A stretch of 62,072 nucleotides of DNA, filler included, from Chiloscyllium plagiosum (taxonomy: Eukaryota), in the NCBI RefSeq assembly GCF_004010195.1. It is 3 parts of one record of this genome, joined end to end, with 100 filler letters (N's around TTAATTAATTAA, not from the genome) between each part and the next. Parts side by side here need not be neighbours in the genome. Positions count along the whole stretch, not along the records: positions 1 to 31,544 come from NC_057710.1; 2 more parts are not named here. One strand, 5' to 3'. The notes below the pieces were generated by a model. That model had not been told where the DNA came from. It searched no databases and was given only the letters and a program-made list of their open reading frames with translations. Below are positions 12,311-24,894 of this stretch, in pieces. Within the stretch, counting starts at the first letter, position 1; each line of letters opens with the position of its first letter. The position numbers and the translations under genes are program-made.

Positions 12311-13119
12311 TCTATGAACTCCTGCAGAGGTGTACTGGAACTGAGATGATCTTCAACAACCACGCCCATTCCCTTTGAGTTAGGTTTGACTTCAATCAAT
12401 GGAGAATTTCCTACCCAAACACATTAATTCCAATTTTGTAGGATTCCTTGATGCCGTACTCAGTCAAACTCTGCCTTGTTTGGACCAGTCACTCTCACCT
12501 CATCTCTAGAGTTCAGTTCTTTTGCCAATGTTTAAAACAAGGTTGCAATGAGCTATGTCACCCTGGTAAAAGCAAAACTGAGCATTATTGAGCAGATTGT
12601 TGCTGTATAACTGTCACTTGATAGCAGTTTTGATGACACTTTACATCATTTTAATGATTAAGAATAGACTGATGGGGTAATGATTAGTTGATTTAGATTT
12701 GTCATTTTTTTGAGGACCTGGACAATTTTCCATATTGTTGCATATGTGCCCATGTTGCAGTTGAACTGGAACTACATGGCTAGAACACAGCTAGTTTAGG
12801 AGCTCAAATTTTCTGTATGTTACCAAGGGCCATAGCCTTTTCAGTAGCCAGTATCTTTCGTGATTTCTTACTATTGCATGGTGTGAATCAAATTGTCTGA
12901 AGATTGTCATTTATGATGATAGGGACCTTAGGAGGAGGCTAGGTAGGTCATCCATTTGGCATCTCTGACTAATGATGGTCATAAGTGGCTCAGACTTATC
13001 TTTTGCACAGATTGTGGAGTTTCTTTCTGCTTCTCTTTCACCTTGTAGTTGCTTAATTGTTCACCAACATTCGTGCCTGGAAGTTACAGGACTGCAGTAG
13101 TTGTTTTCAATTAATTCCT

Positions 13120-13311
13120 GCCAGAGGAAGTGTGGAGGTTGGTACAATTACAACATTTAAAAGACATCTGGATGGGTATATGAATAGGAAGGGTTTGGTG
13201 GGATATGATTCAGGTGCTGGCAAACAGGTCTAGATAAGGTTGGGATGTCTGGTCAGCATGGATGAGTTGGACCAAACGGTCTGTTTCCGTGCTGTACATC
13301 TCTATGACTCT
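13120..13311 (+). mobile_element. CR1 LINE 3' end
   Basis: Matches the CR1 3' region and ends ctctatgactcta. Confidence 0.75.
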
Positions 13312-14446
13312 AATTCAGTTTTCTGGTTCAAAACCTGCAGCATTACCACCTAATTGAATGCCTCTTTTGGTTTGAATGTCATATCTCGTATTTGCATATT
13401 CACTCATCTCAGATTAATTATCCAGTTATTTGCAGAAATAGCTTTCCATAGGTAGATAAAGATTACAATCCGCTGACCTGCTGTTATCATCAATTTAACT
13501 ATATCAATACTTTTCTGAAATATCGTGGATAAACATGCATGACAGAAAATGCTGTCTGTAAAATTCTGATTGACACAAACTAGTCTATTGTAGCTTCTTT
13601 TTAATCCGATACATGATATTGTACCAGTCCTAACAATACCTTCGGTGAATATCTGTGTTAATCATAAAAATAGCCTCACAATCTCTTCATTCATATCTCG
13701 CTTTACCTGTTTGATTTCAATGATTCCCAGTTTCGTGCTCTGATCTTCCAGAAATTGCTAACGCCTAAACATAAATTCCAGTTCATCGCAAAAGGCATTA
13801 AAGTGGAACATTTTACTTAAATTAATGCTGAGGTTTTTAGGCAGAGATGGATGTCAGGGTTTGAGTGGAGGACCATTATCTCTATCTAAAAAGTATAATG
13901 TTTTGGATTTTAAACTGAAGGGGAAGAGATCTCTGGTGGGCAAAATTTTTGGTTGAATTATCCTTGTGTCTACTCTTACCTAATCATGACAGGTTTGAAG
14001 ATCCCCAAGTATGGTAACATTCCCCCTTCAGAATACTTTCAATTCTTTATTGTGAGATGTAATTTTCATGCATCTTTGACATATCAATTTTTTTCCCCAA
14101 AAAATATTAAGATTAGAAAATAGATTTCAGAAGGCTTGGGATAGTTTTCAAGGTAGCATAGTAATGGAGCTAAAAACTGTGGCATCAAAAGAAGATGGGT
14201 GAATACTATTTTTATGTGTTATGGAGAATCAATTAGATTGCCTCAATGCTTCCTCATCTGCACTTAATTTTGTACTATACTTAGAAACAATAGGTAATTA
14301 CAGCACTATTGCAAACATTTTGTTTAGGAACCAGTAGTTGAACTGCTGAGGAGTCTACTTAACCCCTAGACTCAAATAGTAGCTTTAAAAGTATAATATA
14401 CATGTGATGCTACTTACTTAATTGTGAGTATGTTTAGTATGAGACA

Positions 14447-14541
14447 GAGCTGAAAATGTGTTGCTGGAAAAGCGCAGCAGGTCAGGCAGCATCCAAGGAG
14501 CAGGAGAATCAACGTTTCAGGCATGAGCCCTTCTTCAGGAA
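14447..14541 (-). mobile_element. Short PLE-derived repeat with a minimal hammerhead motif
   Basis: Minus strand: CTGAAGA-agggc-tcat-gcct-GAAA-cgtt; the flank is shared with copies at 17290, 21848 and 38668. Confidence 0.7.
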
Positions 14542-16385
14542 ATCATGCATGTTTATGAGATAGATTATTATCAATAGAAATCACATTAGTAAGTGACATA
14601 AAACCAAGAACGTGAGTAAAATGCAGAGGAGGTACACCGATCAGCTCATCAATCCCACATTATCCAGAGGCTGTGAAATGAACAGTAATAAAGCTCTGAA
14701 GTACAAAAGTCCTTTCCTGACAATGATCCAAATCATTAATAAGATACATATTATTAACACTGAAATTAAGAGCTTAACATGAAAAAATTGCTAAAATATG
14801 CTTTCAAATTTTTTGCAAAATGAACTCCAACTAATATTTTTCACAGATGAACATTAATAGTGGTGCCAAAGGATGAAGAATTGCAAATTTTAAACTTTTG
14901 TTCAGAAAGCAAATGTAATGATAAACCTAGAAAATATTGCCAGGCGATGCAAGAAGCCAGAAATAGAGATGCCCGATATTTTAGAGGGTGTAAAATGAAA
15001 GGATATTACAAAGATGAGGAGGACAGAATGTTTGGAAAATGATGACTTTTATTTAAATCAAAATGTTTCTTAATGGGAAGTCTATGTAGGGGCAGTAAAT
15101 ACATAGGTGATAAATGAATGGGACTTGATGTGAGCTGGTATGTGGGTAGCTGTATTTTGAGTGACTTGAAGCTTAAGGACGGTAGAAAGCTAGAATCCAG
15201 GAAGGTGTTGATTGGAATAATTGAGTTCATGTGTAATTCAGGCCTGAATGAAGATTTCAGCAGTACTTGAACACAGGTTGGCAAGGACTCAGAAAGAGCT
15301 GGCTCTTCATTGGAAATAGCTGATCTTAGTGATGGCATTGGTGCATATTTGGAAACTCATGTCAGAGTGAAATGTAACACCAATACTGTAAACACTTTAT
15401 TTCAATCTCAGACATTTCTCAAGGAGATGGATGGAACTGTTGGCCCGGAAACAATTTATGGTGAGGATTGAAGACAATGGTTTCTAGTTATTTAGTGGGA
15501 GTTCCTGTTCATCTAGTTTTGAATATTGGATAAGCAGCTGAATAGCTGAGACATTGGAGAGAGGTCTGGAGAATCAGTGGTGAAATAGGAGTGAATCTGC
15601 TCCATATGCACATGCAGAGTGAGGTCTTTTTAGATGTAATGCCCAAGAAACAGCTGCTGATGTAAGAAAGGACAGTGCCCAGCATTGATCTTTGGGGACA
15701 CCTGAGGTTGCTAAGTAACACTGTGGGAATCCTCAGAGAACCATTTCAGGTGCTTGCTAACTTATATAATTTAAATGAAATATTCCCCTTACAACAACAC
15801 TTTGATGTTTCTCCAGAATGCTTAACTCCCTGGATTATTACATGAAGAATCCCTGGATGACTCTATGAGGTCATTAGAGGCAAATGGCTGAAACCATTTT
15901 TTTTAAATTACAATTTCTCCAGTGGGAGGTAGATATCGTAGAACGACGCGGAATTGTTAAATGTCGCGAACATAATACCTGGGTTGCTTTTCTCCCTCTC
16001 CATTCCTAAATGCAACATGGCTTCTCAGGATTTTCCATCTTTTCATATGTACAACCCATAATACATATTCTAATTAAATTGTCATTCCCACTAAAGTCGG
16101 AGTCCCGCAGAATTAGCAAAATGATAACCTGTTGCATATGAACTCCATAAACAAAAATGTATTTTTTGTGGGTTTTTTTCGGGATTGAAGATAACTGGTA
16201 AAGTGAAAATGACATCTGTATGTGAATTGCTGCGTGTTCAACCTTGAAAAGTGTTCTCTAAATTCGGTCATATTGCGATACAGGTTTGGAGAAGGAACGT
16301 CAAAATAGTACAGACTGTAGATCATGGTACTGGAAACGAAATCTTTTTGTTTCCATTTTTAACATGTTTGTGCTTGTTTTTTTAG

Positions 16386-16647
16386 GTATCTCTGTTAGCG
16401 TTTCCACCTTCAGTTTGGTAGCCATTTCTTTGGAGAGGTACAGTGCTATCTGTAAACCGCTAAAATCCAGAGTCTGGCAAACTAAGTCTCATGCCTTCAA
16501 GGTGATCGCCGCCACTTGGCTGCTCTCCATTATTATCATGTTGCCGTATCCCATCTACAACACTCTGGTACCGTTCACGAGGGTCAATAACAGCACAGGC
16601 AACATGTGCCGCCTCCTCTGGCCGAATGACATGACACAGCAGTCCTG
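16386..16647 (+). CDS. CCKAR: CCKAR exon 3 (TM3 to ECL2)
   Basis: tttag acceptor; SVSTFSLVAISLERYSAICKPLKSRVWQTKSHAFKVIAATW, closer to CCK1R than CCK2R; donor TG|GTAATA; 262 bp. Confidence 0.95.
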
Positions 16648-16752
16648 GTAATACCAGCCTCATGGACATGTCAGTTTGGAAGTGGATCATTTCGAAGCGC
16701 TGTGCCAGGGTCCAGTCTGTCTGACTTTGTCTCATTATTGTTCCCACTTCAG

Positions 16753-16880
16753 GTACATTTTCCTGTTACTGATTCTGTTCCTGGTCCCTGGAATAGTGAT
16801 GACAGTGGCTTACGGACTGATCTCCCGCGAGTTATACAGTGGGATTCGGTTCGAAATGAATCGGAGGAAGAGGAGCCAAG
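16753..16880 (+). CDS. CCKAR: CCKAR exon 4 (TM5)
   Basis: cag acceptor; (W)YIFLLLILFLVPGIVMTVAYGLISRELYSGIRFE; donor G|GTAAAT; 128 bp. Confidence 0.95.
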
Positions 16881-17293
16881 GTAAATGAGCAAGTGGGACC
16901 TGGAAGATACTGCAATACTCAGGGTTGGTTTTCATCCAAATGTTCCACCAGGGTTTCGGAGTAGGCGCTCGGTGCTGGTTAGACGGTCCCTGATGCATGA
17001 TTTATTTTTAATATTGAATTTATACTACTGACCTTAAATTGTTCTGTTATACTAATAAGAACTGTGTTCCCTTTTGTTTTTATTTTGCCTTTGGCTGCTT
17101 ATTCCCGGTACTGTACAAGAAATGATTTTTTAAAAAAAAATATTATTTCATTGCTGCCAAATAGGTGAAAACCCGGGACCACGTATTTTCGGTGGGGAGA
17201 AAAATAATCTTTTTGGGTTCAGTGCAGGTTCTGGTGTTAGTGAGTCATAATGTTAACGAAGTAAAGAAACAGAACTAGTGTATGAACACCTTC

Positions 17294-17321
17294 CTGATGA
17301 AGGGCTTTTGCTCGAAACGTC
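17294..17321 (+). ncRNA. Minimal type I hammerhead ribozyme motif (PLE type), sense in CCKAR intron 4
   Basis: CTGATGA-a-gggc-tttt-gctc-GAAA-CGTC: complete core, stem II and GUC triplet. Activity not shown. Confidence 0.6.
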
Positions 17322-18289
17322 GATTCTCCTGCTCCTCGGATGCTGCCTGACCGGCTGTGCTTTTCCAGCATCACGCATGAACCAGTGCAGCTCACTCCTA
17401 TTTAGTTCAGTCAGTACCTTTTTCAATGCGATTCAACGGGTAATTAACATGACCACTAAGAACGTGAGAAATCTGTAATCTGAGGCTGGTTTGCACTTTT
17501 GTTTCATTCCTTCACGGATATGGGCGGGTTTGTGACAGTAGCAGAGTAGAGTTGGGGTCATAACCAACTTTACAAATCAAAGGACAAAACAGATGAGTGA
17601 CTACATTTGCAGAAACGGATCCAGATTCTGAGAAAGAAGGTCAGGGGAAGGGGGCAATCAGAAAACAGGGTAAGTGACAGAGGGGGCTTTAGTGAACCAG
17701 TTTGGCAGAGGATTTGAGTAACGAGAGACAGGCGAGGAAGGTGCGGCCAGAGTATGAATGGGGTCCCTGCCATGTCAGGGGATTGAAAGTAAAACACAGT
17801 GGCAGGTACAGCACAGGGAAAACGCTGGAACCTGACAGCGAGGCTGAGCGACGGGGAAAAGATACTTACCCAGGATCGCTCGGAATCGGTCACAGACCGA
17901 GTACAGGCCCTGCAGGGAACAAAGCATTATCCAAGGCCAGGGGCTAAACCTTTGTCCCAGGGCAGCAGGGGATGTTGGAATTGACCGTGATGGGGCCCAA
18001 AGGTTGTCTGGCTCCCTAGCCACCAGGACCAAGAGGTTCATGTGTCCCCCTGTGACCGTGTGGTCCATCCCAGGAGCTGCTGGTCCTAGAGCGTTAAGAA
18101 GTGATTCGGTTATTTTTCACGGGAACTTTCAGGTACAGGGACTGCTGGCCAGCGGATTGAAACTGGGGCGTGCAGGGAACGTCTCTGTTCACTTTCATTG
18201 TAACAGAGCAGATTGGTGGGTGGTGGGGAGGGGGGGAAGGTTAATAATTGTGATAGGTATGGGGTAAAGAAACTGGTTTTGGTCTCGCT

Positions 18290-18630
18290 AGATGGGAAAT
18301 TGTGTAACATACAATTCTAAAGGTGGGCGGTGGGGCGCGTAGAGTTAAGGCACCTGACTGTATATCCACACAGATCATTCAAGGTGGCAGGACAGGTGGA
18401 GAGAGCAGTAAATAAAGCATCCAGCACCTTCAGCTTTATTAATAGGGGCATAGAGAACAACAGCAAGGAAGTGATGTTGAACTTGTGCAAGACACCTCAG
18501 TATTGTATACACCTGCGGCTGCCAGATTATAGGAAATATGTGAACAAGTTAGAGACAGTGCTAAAGCGATTTACAAGAATTGTTCTGCAGATGACGAATT
18601 CAGTTTATGAGGAGACATTGCAAAAGATTA
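18290..18630 (+). mobile_element. Degenerate CR1-like RT C-terminal fragment
   Basis: QVERAVNKAS...FINRGIE...LETVLKRFTRIV. Confidence 0.65.
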
Positions 18631-18632
18631 GA

Positions 18633-18970
18633 TGGCTCAGTGGTTAGCACTGCTGCCTCACAGGGCTGGGGACCCCAGTTCGATTCCACCCTTGGGTAAC
18701 TGTGTGCAGTTTGCATGTTCTCCCCGTGTCTGCATGGGTTTCTGCTGGGTGCTCTGCTTTCCTCCCAGAGTCCAAAGATGAGTAGATTGGCTATGCTAAA
18801 TTGCCCATAGTGTGCAGGGATGTGGCAGGCTAGGTGGACTAGCCATGGGAAGCATGGGGTTACAAAGATTGGAGGGGGGAAAGTTTTTGGGTCTTGATGG
18901 AGTGCTCTTTGGAAGGTCAGTGCAGGATTGATGGACTGAATGGCTTCTTTCTGCATAGGGTCTCTATAAC
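18633..18970 (+). mobile_element. HE1-type tRNA-derived SINE
   Basis: A box tggctcagtgg, B box gttcgattcc, shared body. Confidence 0.8.
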
Positions 18971-19509
18971 TGCTACAATGGAGGAGTACCTTTCAGAAGT
19001 GATCCTAGAAATCCCTTGGGGATTTCTCCATTGGGATGCTGGGTCTTCCTTTGGCTGTTTTCTGGCTGAATCTAGAAATGGGACTCTATTGTGGACTCTA
19101 TTCTAGGGTCAATCTAGACCAAATAAAAGTCATTACTTTATTTCAATGTGGATTCCAAGCCGAGAAGTCTTTTTTTAAAATAGCTACTCCCAAACTCTCC
19201 CTGAGATGGAGACTGACTTCAAACTGCGGTTATGGCGCTGAGTAACCACTCATAGGCCCCATGAGCAAATGGACTCCAGATACATTCACATTGAGAACTG
19301 TGCTTGCCAGCTCAATGGTATTGAAGTGTCCTGGAAAACTCAGCAGGGACACTATTGTGTCAGGACCACCATCCACAGGTGTGTCTGTGTTGGAAAGTCT
19401 TGGGTTTCACCAAGACTCCTTCTTTCTCTTTTGGTCGATTCAGGAAACCTTAGGTCATTTTGTTCAAGGACACTGGAACTGATAGGGTGGCCTTGCTAAA
19501 ATGGTACAA

Positions 19510-20010
19510 GGGATCAGTTTTTACTGGAATTGGAGACAGTCCAGAGAAGCTTCACGCAGTTCAGCCCACTTATGCAGGGATTTTCTTATGAGGAAAAGTT
19601 GAGAAGGTTGGGCACGTTCTCAATGGAGTGTAGATGAATGAGAGGAGACCTTATTGAAACTCAGAGAGGACCTGTCAGGGTAGATGTGGAAAGGTTATTT
19701 CCCCTTTGGGAGAGGCCAGGACCAGAGGGCATCATCTTGGAGTAAAGGGTTTCTCAGTTAGGACACAGATGAGAAGGAATTGCTTCTCTCAGAGGATAGT
19801 GAATTTGTGGAAATCTTTACCACAGAATGCTATCCAGGTTGGGTCCTTAAGTATTCAAGGCTGAGATAGATAGAGTTTTGAAATCAGTAAGAGAATCGAG
19901 GTTATGGGGAAAAGGCAGGAAAATGGAGTTGAGGATTATCAGATCAGCCATGAATGGCATAGCAGACTCAATGGGCAGAATGCCCTATTTCTGTTCACAC
20001 ATATTATGGT
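19510..20010 (+). mobile_element. Degenerate CR1-like LINE 3' end (second family)
   Basis: LETVQRSFT...MRGDLIET-like remnants; 3' tail similar to 58504-59220. Confidence 0.6.
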
Positions 20011-20429
20011 CTGACCATCATGTCTGATCTCATTTGTGTTTATGTTTGGGCAACTTGTTTTTTTAATTTGTCCATAGGATGTTGGCGTAGCTGGTTGAGC
20101 TGGTATTTGTTGTTGGTCCCTATCTGCCCTGGTGGTGAGCTACATCTTTGAACTATTGCAGTCTCTGGGCTGTAGGGACATGTCTATTGCTGTTAGGGAT
20201 GGAGTTGCAGGATTTGACACAGCGATATTGCAGCAGCATAAAAAAAGGCCTTCTATTGGCTTCATGGTGTGAAAAGGAATAAATGTTTTAAAAAGTGGTT
20301 AAAAAAAGTGAAGTCAGTCTTTAATAGTCCCTGACCAAATATTGTCTGGCAGTCTTGTTCATTTCTAATGTTCAATAGCAGAGAGTCGCAGATTTAAAAA
20401 ATTGCAAGACAAATACTGAAGCAGTTGTT

Positions 20430-20600
20430 GAGAGTGTGGTGGTGGAAAAGCACAGCAATCAGGCAGCATCCGAGGAACAGGAAAACCGACGTTTCGGGCC
20501 AGAGCCCTTCATCAGGAATGAGGATGGGAACNGGGGGGGGGGGGGGGGGGTGTGGGACTGGGGAGAAGATAGCTGAGAGTGCAATTGGATGATGGGAGAG
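20430..20600 (-). mobile_element. PLE terminal fragment with an intact-core hammerhead motif (antisense to CCKAR)
   Basis: Minus strand 20488-20515: CTGATGA-a-gggc-tctg-gccc-GAAA-CGTC. Confidence 0.7.
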
Positions 20601-21014
20601 ATTGATGCAAGATGTACCTCAATCCCAGCTAAAACAGCCCAGTAAAGTAACTGGATGAGCTCAACAGAATGGAGGAAGAGTTATTAAATAAAACTAATAG
20701 TAACTAACAAAACCGTGATACTCGATGTGACCCTGTTTCTGTCAGCACTGCCCACTCTCAATCCTGGCACATTACATTCAAGAACATCTGACCCCATTTT
20801 TTCCGACATCAGGTCAGATCTGGTAGAATGTGTTCAGAAGTTCTGTTTTCCCGAAAAGCTGAGGGCCACAGATCAGGGAAGGAGCAGGGACTCGAGATTG
20901 CAGGTTACAGGTAACACCACAGGGACGGCTGCTTGAGAGAGTGGGGAGGTGGAGAATCCTAAAGGCTGCATCCTAATTGTTCCCATTGCTTCCGTTTGGC
21001 TGTTCTGTTCTCAG

Positions 21015-21520
21015 TGAGAAGCCTCAGCGACAGTAGATATGAAGATGGAGATGGGTGTTACATACAGAGCATCAAACAGAAAAGGACCATTGAGATGCAG
21101 CGACTATCGGGCAGCGACTGTTTAAAACCCGTCAGGCCAAGGAGCAACAGCTCATCCGCCAACTTACTGGCGAAGAAGCGAGTTATTCGGATGTTGATTG
21201 TGATCGTGATCATGTTTTTTATTTGTTGGACGCCTATTTTCTGTGTCAATGCTTGGCGCGCGTTTGATAAAATCTCGGCGGACAGGTTGCTGTCCGGGGC
21301 CCCGATTTCATTCATCCACTTGCTGTCCTACACCTCGGCCTGTGTCAATCCTATTATCTACTGCTTCATGAACAAACGCTTCCGCGTGGCTGCCCTGGCC
21401 ACTTGCTGCTGCTGCTTCCGGGCCAACCCACCGCCTGCAAACAGAGAGACTGAGGAGGACAGACACACAAGCACTGGCTCAGTCTCCAGGTGGACCTACA
21501 CCAGTGTCAGTGTGTCCTGA
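21015..21520 (+). CDS. CCKAR: CCKAR exon 5 (ICL3, TM6-TM7, C-tail)
   Basis: tcag acceptor; RYEDGDGCY, SNSSSANLLAKKRVIRML, LLSGAPISFIHLLSYTSACVNPIIYCFMNKRFR; TGA at 21518-21520. Spliced CDS is 130+252+262+128+506 = 1278 nt (425 aa). Confidence 0.95.
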
Positions 21521-21847
21521 GCGGGACACTCACCACAGCCAGCAGCCTGCCTGGCTGCCGCCCCCTCTCAGTCTGAAACTGGGAAGCGACTTCTGGCTAT
21601 GTCAGAGACACTTGGTGTTATTCTACCCATTCATTCATTTGGCGGGTCATTCAGCAAACAACAAAAGACGCGCAGAGATCGCTTAACGGGTGACAAAACG
21701 ATAGGACTATAAGGCTCAGAGAGAGAGAGAGAGAAATCATCTGGAAGATCAACGGTCCTGGATGCTTTCACTAATTTGCTCATTCCTCAAACAACTGTGA
21801 GCCAGACTGAACCTGAGAATTAATAAGATGCTGGGGATCAAAGGCAA

Positions 21848-21974
21848 GAGTGTGACGCTGGAAAAGCTCAGCAGCTCAGGCAGGAATTCCTGATGAAGGG
21901 CTTTTGCCCGAAATGTTGATTCTCCTGCTCCTCGGCTGCTGCCTGACCTGCTGTGCTTTTCCAGCACCACACTC
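21848..21974 (+). mobile_element. Inverted-repeat PLE-derived element with a hammerhead motif in the CCKAR 3' UTR
   Basis: Arms 21848-21883 and about 21939-21974 are reverse complements with a few mismatches; CTGATGA at 21890-21896, GAAA at 21910-21913. Confidence 0.7.
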
Positions 21975-22290
21975 ACGACCCTGGAAAATTAACATACAGT
22001 TTATTTCATGGGGTGAGAGGCGGCGCTAAGGAGCTTTGCTAGAGGCTATGGTTTTTTAAATAGAAACGTTTAAATGGAACCAGTGCCCGGCTCTGAATTC
22101 GTGCCTGCAGCTGGTGTACCGTATAGCGAAACCAACTTCCCAGCGTCTTCTCCCAATCAAAAGCTGCCGCCGAGCTTTTCGAAATAGCTCCACAGCTTCT
22201 ACAGTATGGCCTTGACAGGGCTGATAGCTTTGATTTCTGTGTAAATTAAACATTCGCAACTTGGTGAGATCACTGCAGCTGTTTAATTGA

Positions 22291-22296
22291 AATAAA
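22291..22296 (+). terminator. Candidate CCKAR polyadenylation signal
   Basis: AATAAA about 770 nt after the stop, followed by GT-rich and T-rich sequence. Confidence 0.55.
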
Positions 22297-24894
22297 GTTC
22301 AAAAAGTGTGACACGTTTTTTCCCCCTTGCAATAAGTTAGAAATGCAATTCAAAGATAGAGGAGTTTTTATTCCCCACTGCCTTTCTTCCATTACACCAC
22401 CACCACTCTCTTTTCAGATGCTGTTGACTCCAGCAACCTACAGCTCTCACAGATCAGCAATTGCAGATACACCAAACCTGGTTAGGTGGACACCCATAGT
22501 CCAATTTCGTCCATACCTAACAGCCGCACGTGCAAATGGAACAAAATGTTGGTCTAATACCTACCTCATACAGCAGGAAGTCCATGGTACTAACTTCACC
22601 ACAGCACATGCGTCAAACCTAGGACCTTCCTAATTTTTGTAACTCACCTACAACAGTTATGACTATGACTGTGTGACAAGAAAATCATGGATATGATGGT
22701 TATAACTCTGTTTTAGGCCAAAAAAATGCAGTCCTTAGCAAAATTCATATTTTTGAAAGAGTATAAAGTTAGCTTGTTACAAGTAAAACTATTTGATGAA
22801 AACAGCTGAAAATACTTATGAATCTTTATAAAATTGTAAAACATTAAATTCATCAGCTTTGCAGAATGTAAATGCAATTTGACTACAAGTTTTAAATGTT
22901 TGTTTATGTAAGAAATATTACAGACAGGTATTTTCAAATTCTCCTGTCTAATAATCAGCATAATGTACAAAAGTTTACATTAAGTTGTTAAGGTAAACTC
23001 TGATGATTATATCAAATTTCCTCATTGAGCTTTAGACAATCCAACTTGAACAGAATTTTCAAAAAGAAAAGTTTACAAAGTAGAAGTGTAGGAAATGTCT
23101 CCAGGATACACAAAGCATCAACTACACAGCAACCTCAAATGGCAAAGACAGTTATCTCGAGTGTAGCCACCAGTCCTGTCTGAAAGCACCAGATTTGCTT
23201 CCAAATAATGTATAATCAAACAAAAACTAAAATTTCTGGAGAAGCTCAGTGGATCTGGTGGCATTTGTGACAACCTATGCTTTTTTTCTTTGAGGCTACC
23301 AGACCTGCTAAGTTTGTTTTTTTCTTCAGATTTCCAGCATCTGCAGTTTTGTTTTATAGATAATTAAACCAAAGATTTTAAAAAAGAAATCTCTTGTTTT
23401 AAAAACATGGATTAAATGATGGCTGTTTAGAAAACTTTGAAATGGAAGAAGAGGAATTGCTGTGGTTTCTTAGCTTTATGCTATCAACATGCATATCTCC
23501 GGAACAGATTTGACAATTATCAAGTCACTCTTGCACATTTCTAAATAACTGAACTATTTTAAAACAATTGCAATATCTCTACCTATATACTACATTACTC
23601 ATGTTTTCTTAGTTGCTAATACTTCCTCTGTTTAAATAAAGCTCTAAAAATAGGTTTGCTTCTGAGCATCTCAGTGCTCAGCAACTTTATCAACATTAAT
23701 GCTTCACAAGTGTCTGCCATTTAATAGATTAATAAAGAATACTGAAACCTGTTGCTAAACAAGTAAATGACTGCCACCAAATGTATAGCAGTCACATTTT
23801 AATTATCATTCTCTAAATTTTTCTTTACACATGTACTGAGCTGTCTTTATGAAGGCTGATGAACAATATTTAGGATATTGGATCTAGAGAGCATAGAAGA
23901 CCTGACTTTGTGGTTAAATGTTGCAATTTTCTTTCATAGATTTTAATCAATCAAATCAGTCATTGTAACTAAATAAAGTTGGTGAACAGCAGGCTCAAAC
24001 TGCCATATGGGATTATGGCAGGCAGGCAGAGAGAGAGAAGCTACTCATAGTGAGAAGGCCATATCTTAGCAAAAGTTGACAGGACATTTCAAAGCTGTGA
24101 GTTAGTAATGTTACAAGATTTTAGTTATTGTAATATTGACTGTGAAAAAAAATGAAGCTACAGGAGAACTTCTATAATCAAGGTTTCTTGACAAACCAAG
24201 GAAGCAGTGCTCAATTTGTTCAAGAAGTGAAGTAGGGCAAGTATCCCATGAGGGTATACTGTTGTAAAAGAATACTTAAGGAAATTGTTGTGAGGAAAGT
24301 TGGCAGAGGGAGGGAAGAAATACTACTCTGATCTTTTACAGAATAAAGAGTTGGTATTAATTAACTAAACCGGAAAGTTTAATGTGATGATAAATTTTTA
24401 GTTTAACAAATTAAACTATAAACCTAACTGCAATTAATCATTCAATAAAAAAACCTTTAACAGTTAGTAAAATCATACCAAATCAAATGCAGATAATCCA
24501 AAATTCTGGTTGTTATGAAGTTGTCAGCCATTGCCACCAGCAGAATGAGAAACTCAATAGGAGGGTGTCCATGATAATTTAAAGTTCCAGTTAGTAACTC
24601 TGCATTAGCCAAACTCATGCACACCTCTCCTTTGACTGTGCCAATTAATTGGATTGAAGACAGACTACGCCGGAACATGAAATCAGTGTCAAGCCATCAT
24701 TCAACATCGAAGTGCCTGTGAAAGGATGGTCAAATCCTATAAATTTGGCTAAACTTGAAATAAAGTTAAAAGTGTTGTTCATTGGAGACAAAGCAAAACA
24801 TACCCAGAAATTGTTTTTTGAGATGGGGATAAAATCATTTTATATATAAATGATTTGTTTGTGAGTATAAAAAGAATAAAAAGAATATAAAAAG

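Noticed and set aside
16648..16752. Intron 3 (105 nt, multiple of 3) as a retained coding intron
   Set aside because: An in-frame TAA at 16649-16651 follows the donor immediately.
17531..18205. Possible solo LTR (TGTGACA...TGTAACA) in intron 4; also LTR-like 4055-4800 and 30474-31100
   Set aside because: No matching TSD, PBS/PPT or second copy found, so not supportable by eye.
8854..21520. Assignment as CCKBR (gastrin receptor)
   Set aside because: Segments such as KPLKSRVWQTKSHAFKVIAATW, PNDMTQQSW and SNSSSANLLAKKRVIRML resemble CCK1R more; a phylogeny would confirm.
22360..23800. 3' UTR of a convergent minus-strand gene (TTTATT near 22367, AT-rich)
   Set aside because: No upstream minus-strand coding exons were recognisable, and such hexamers are common in AT-rich DNA.
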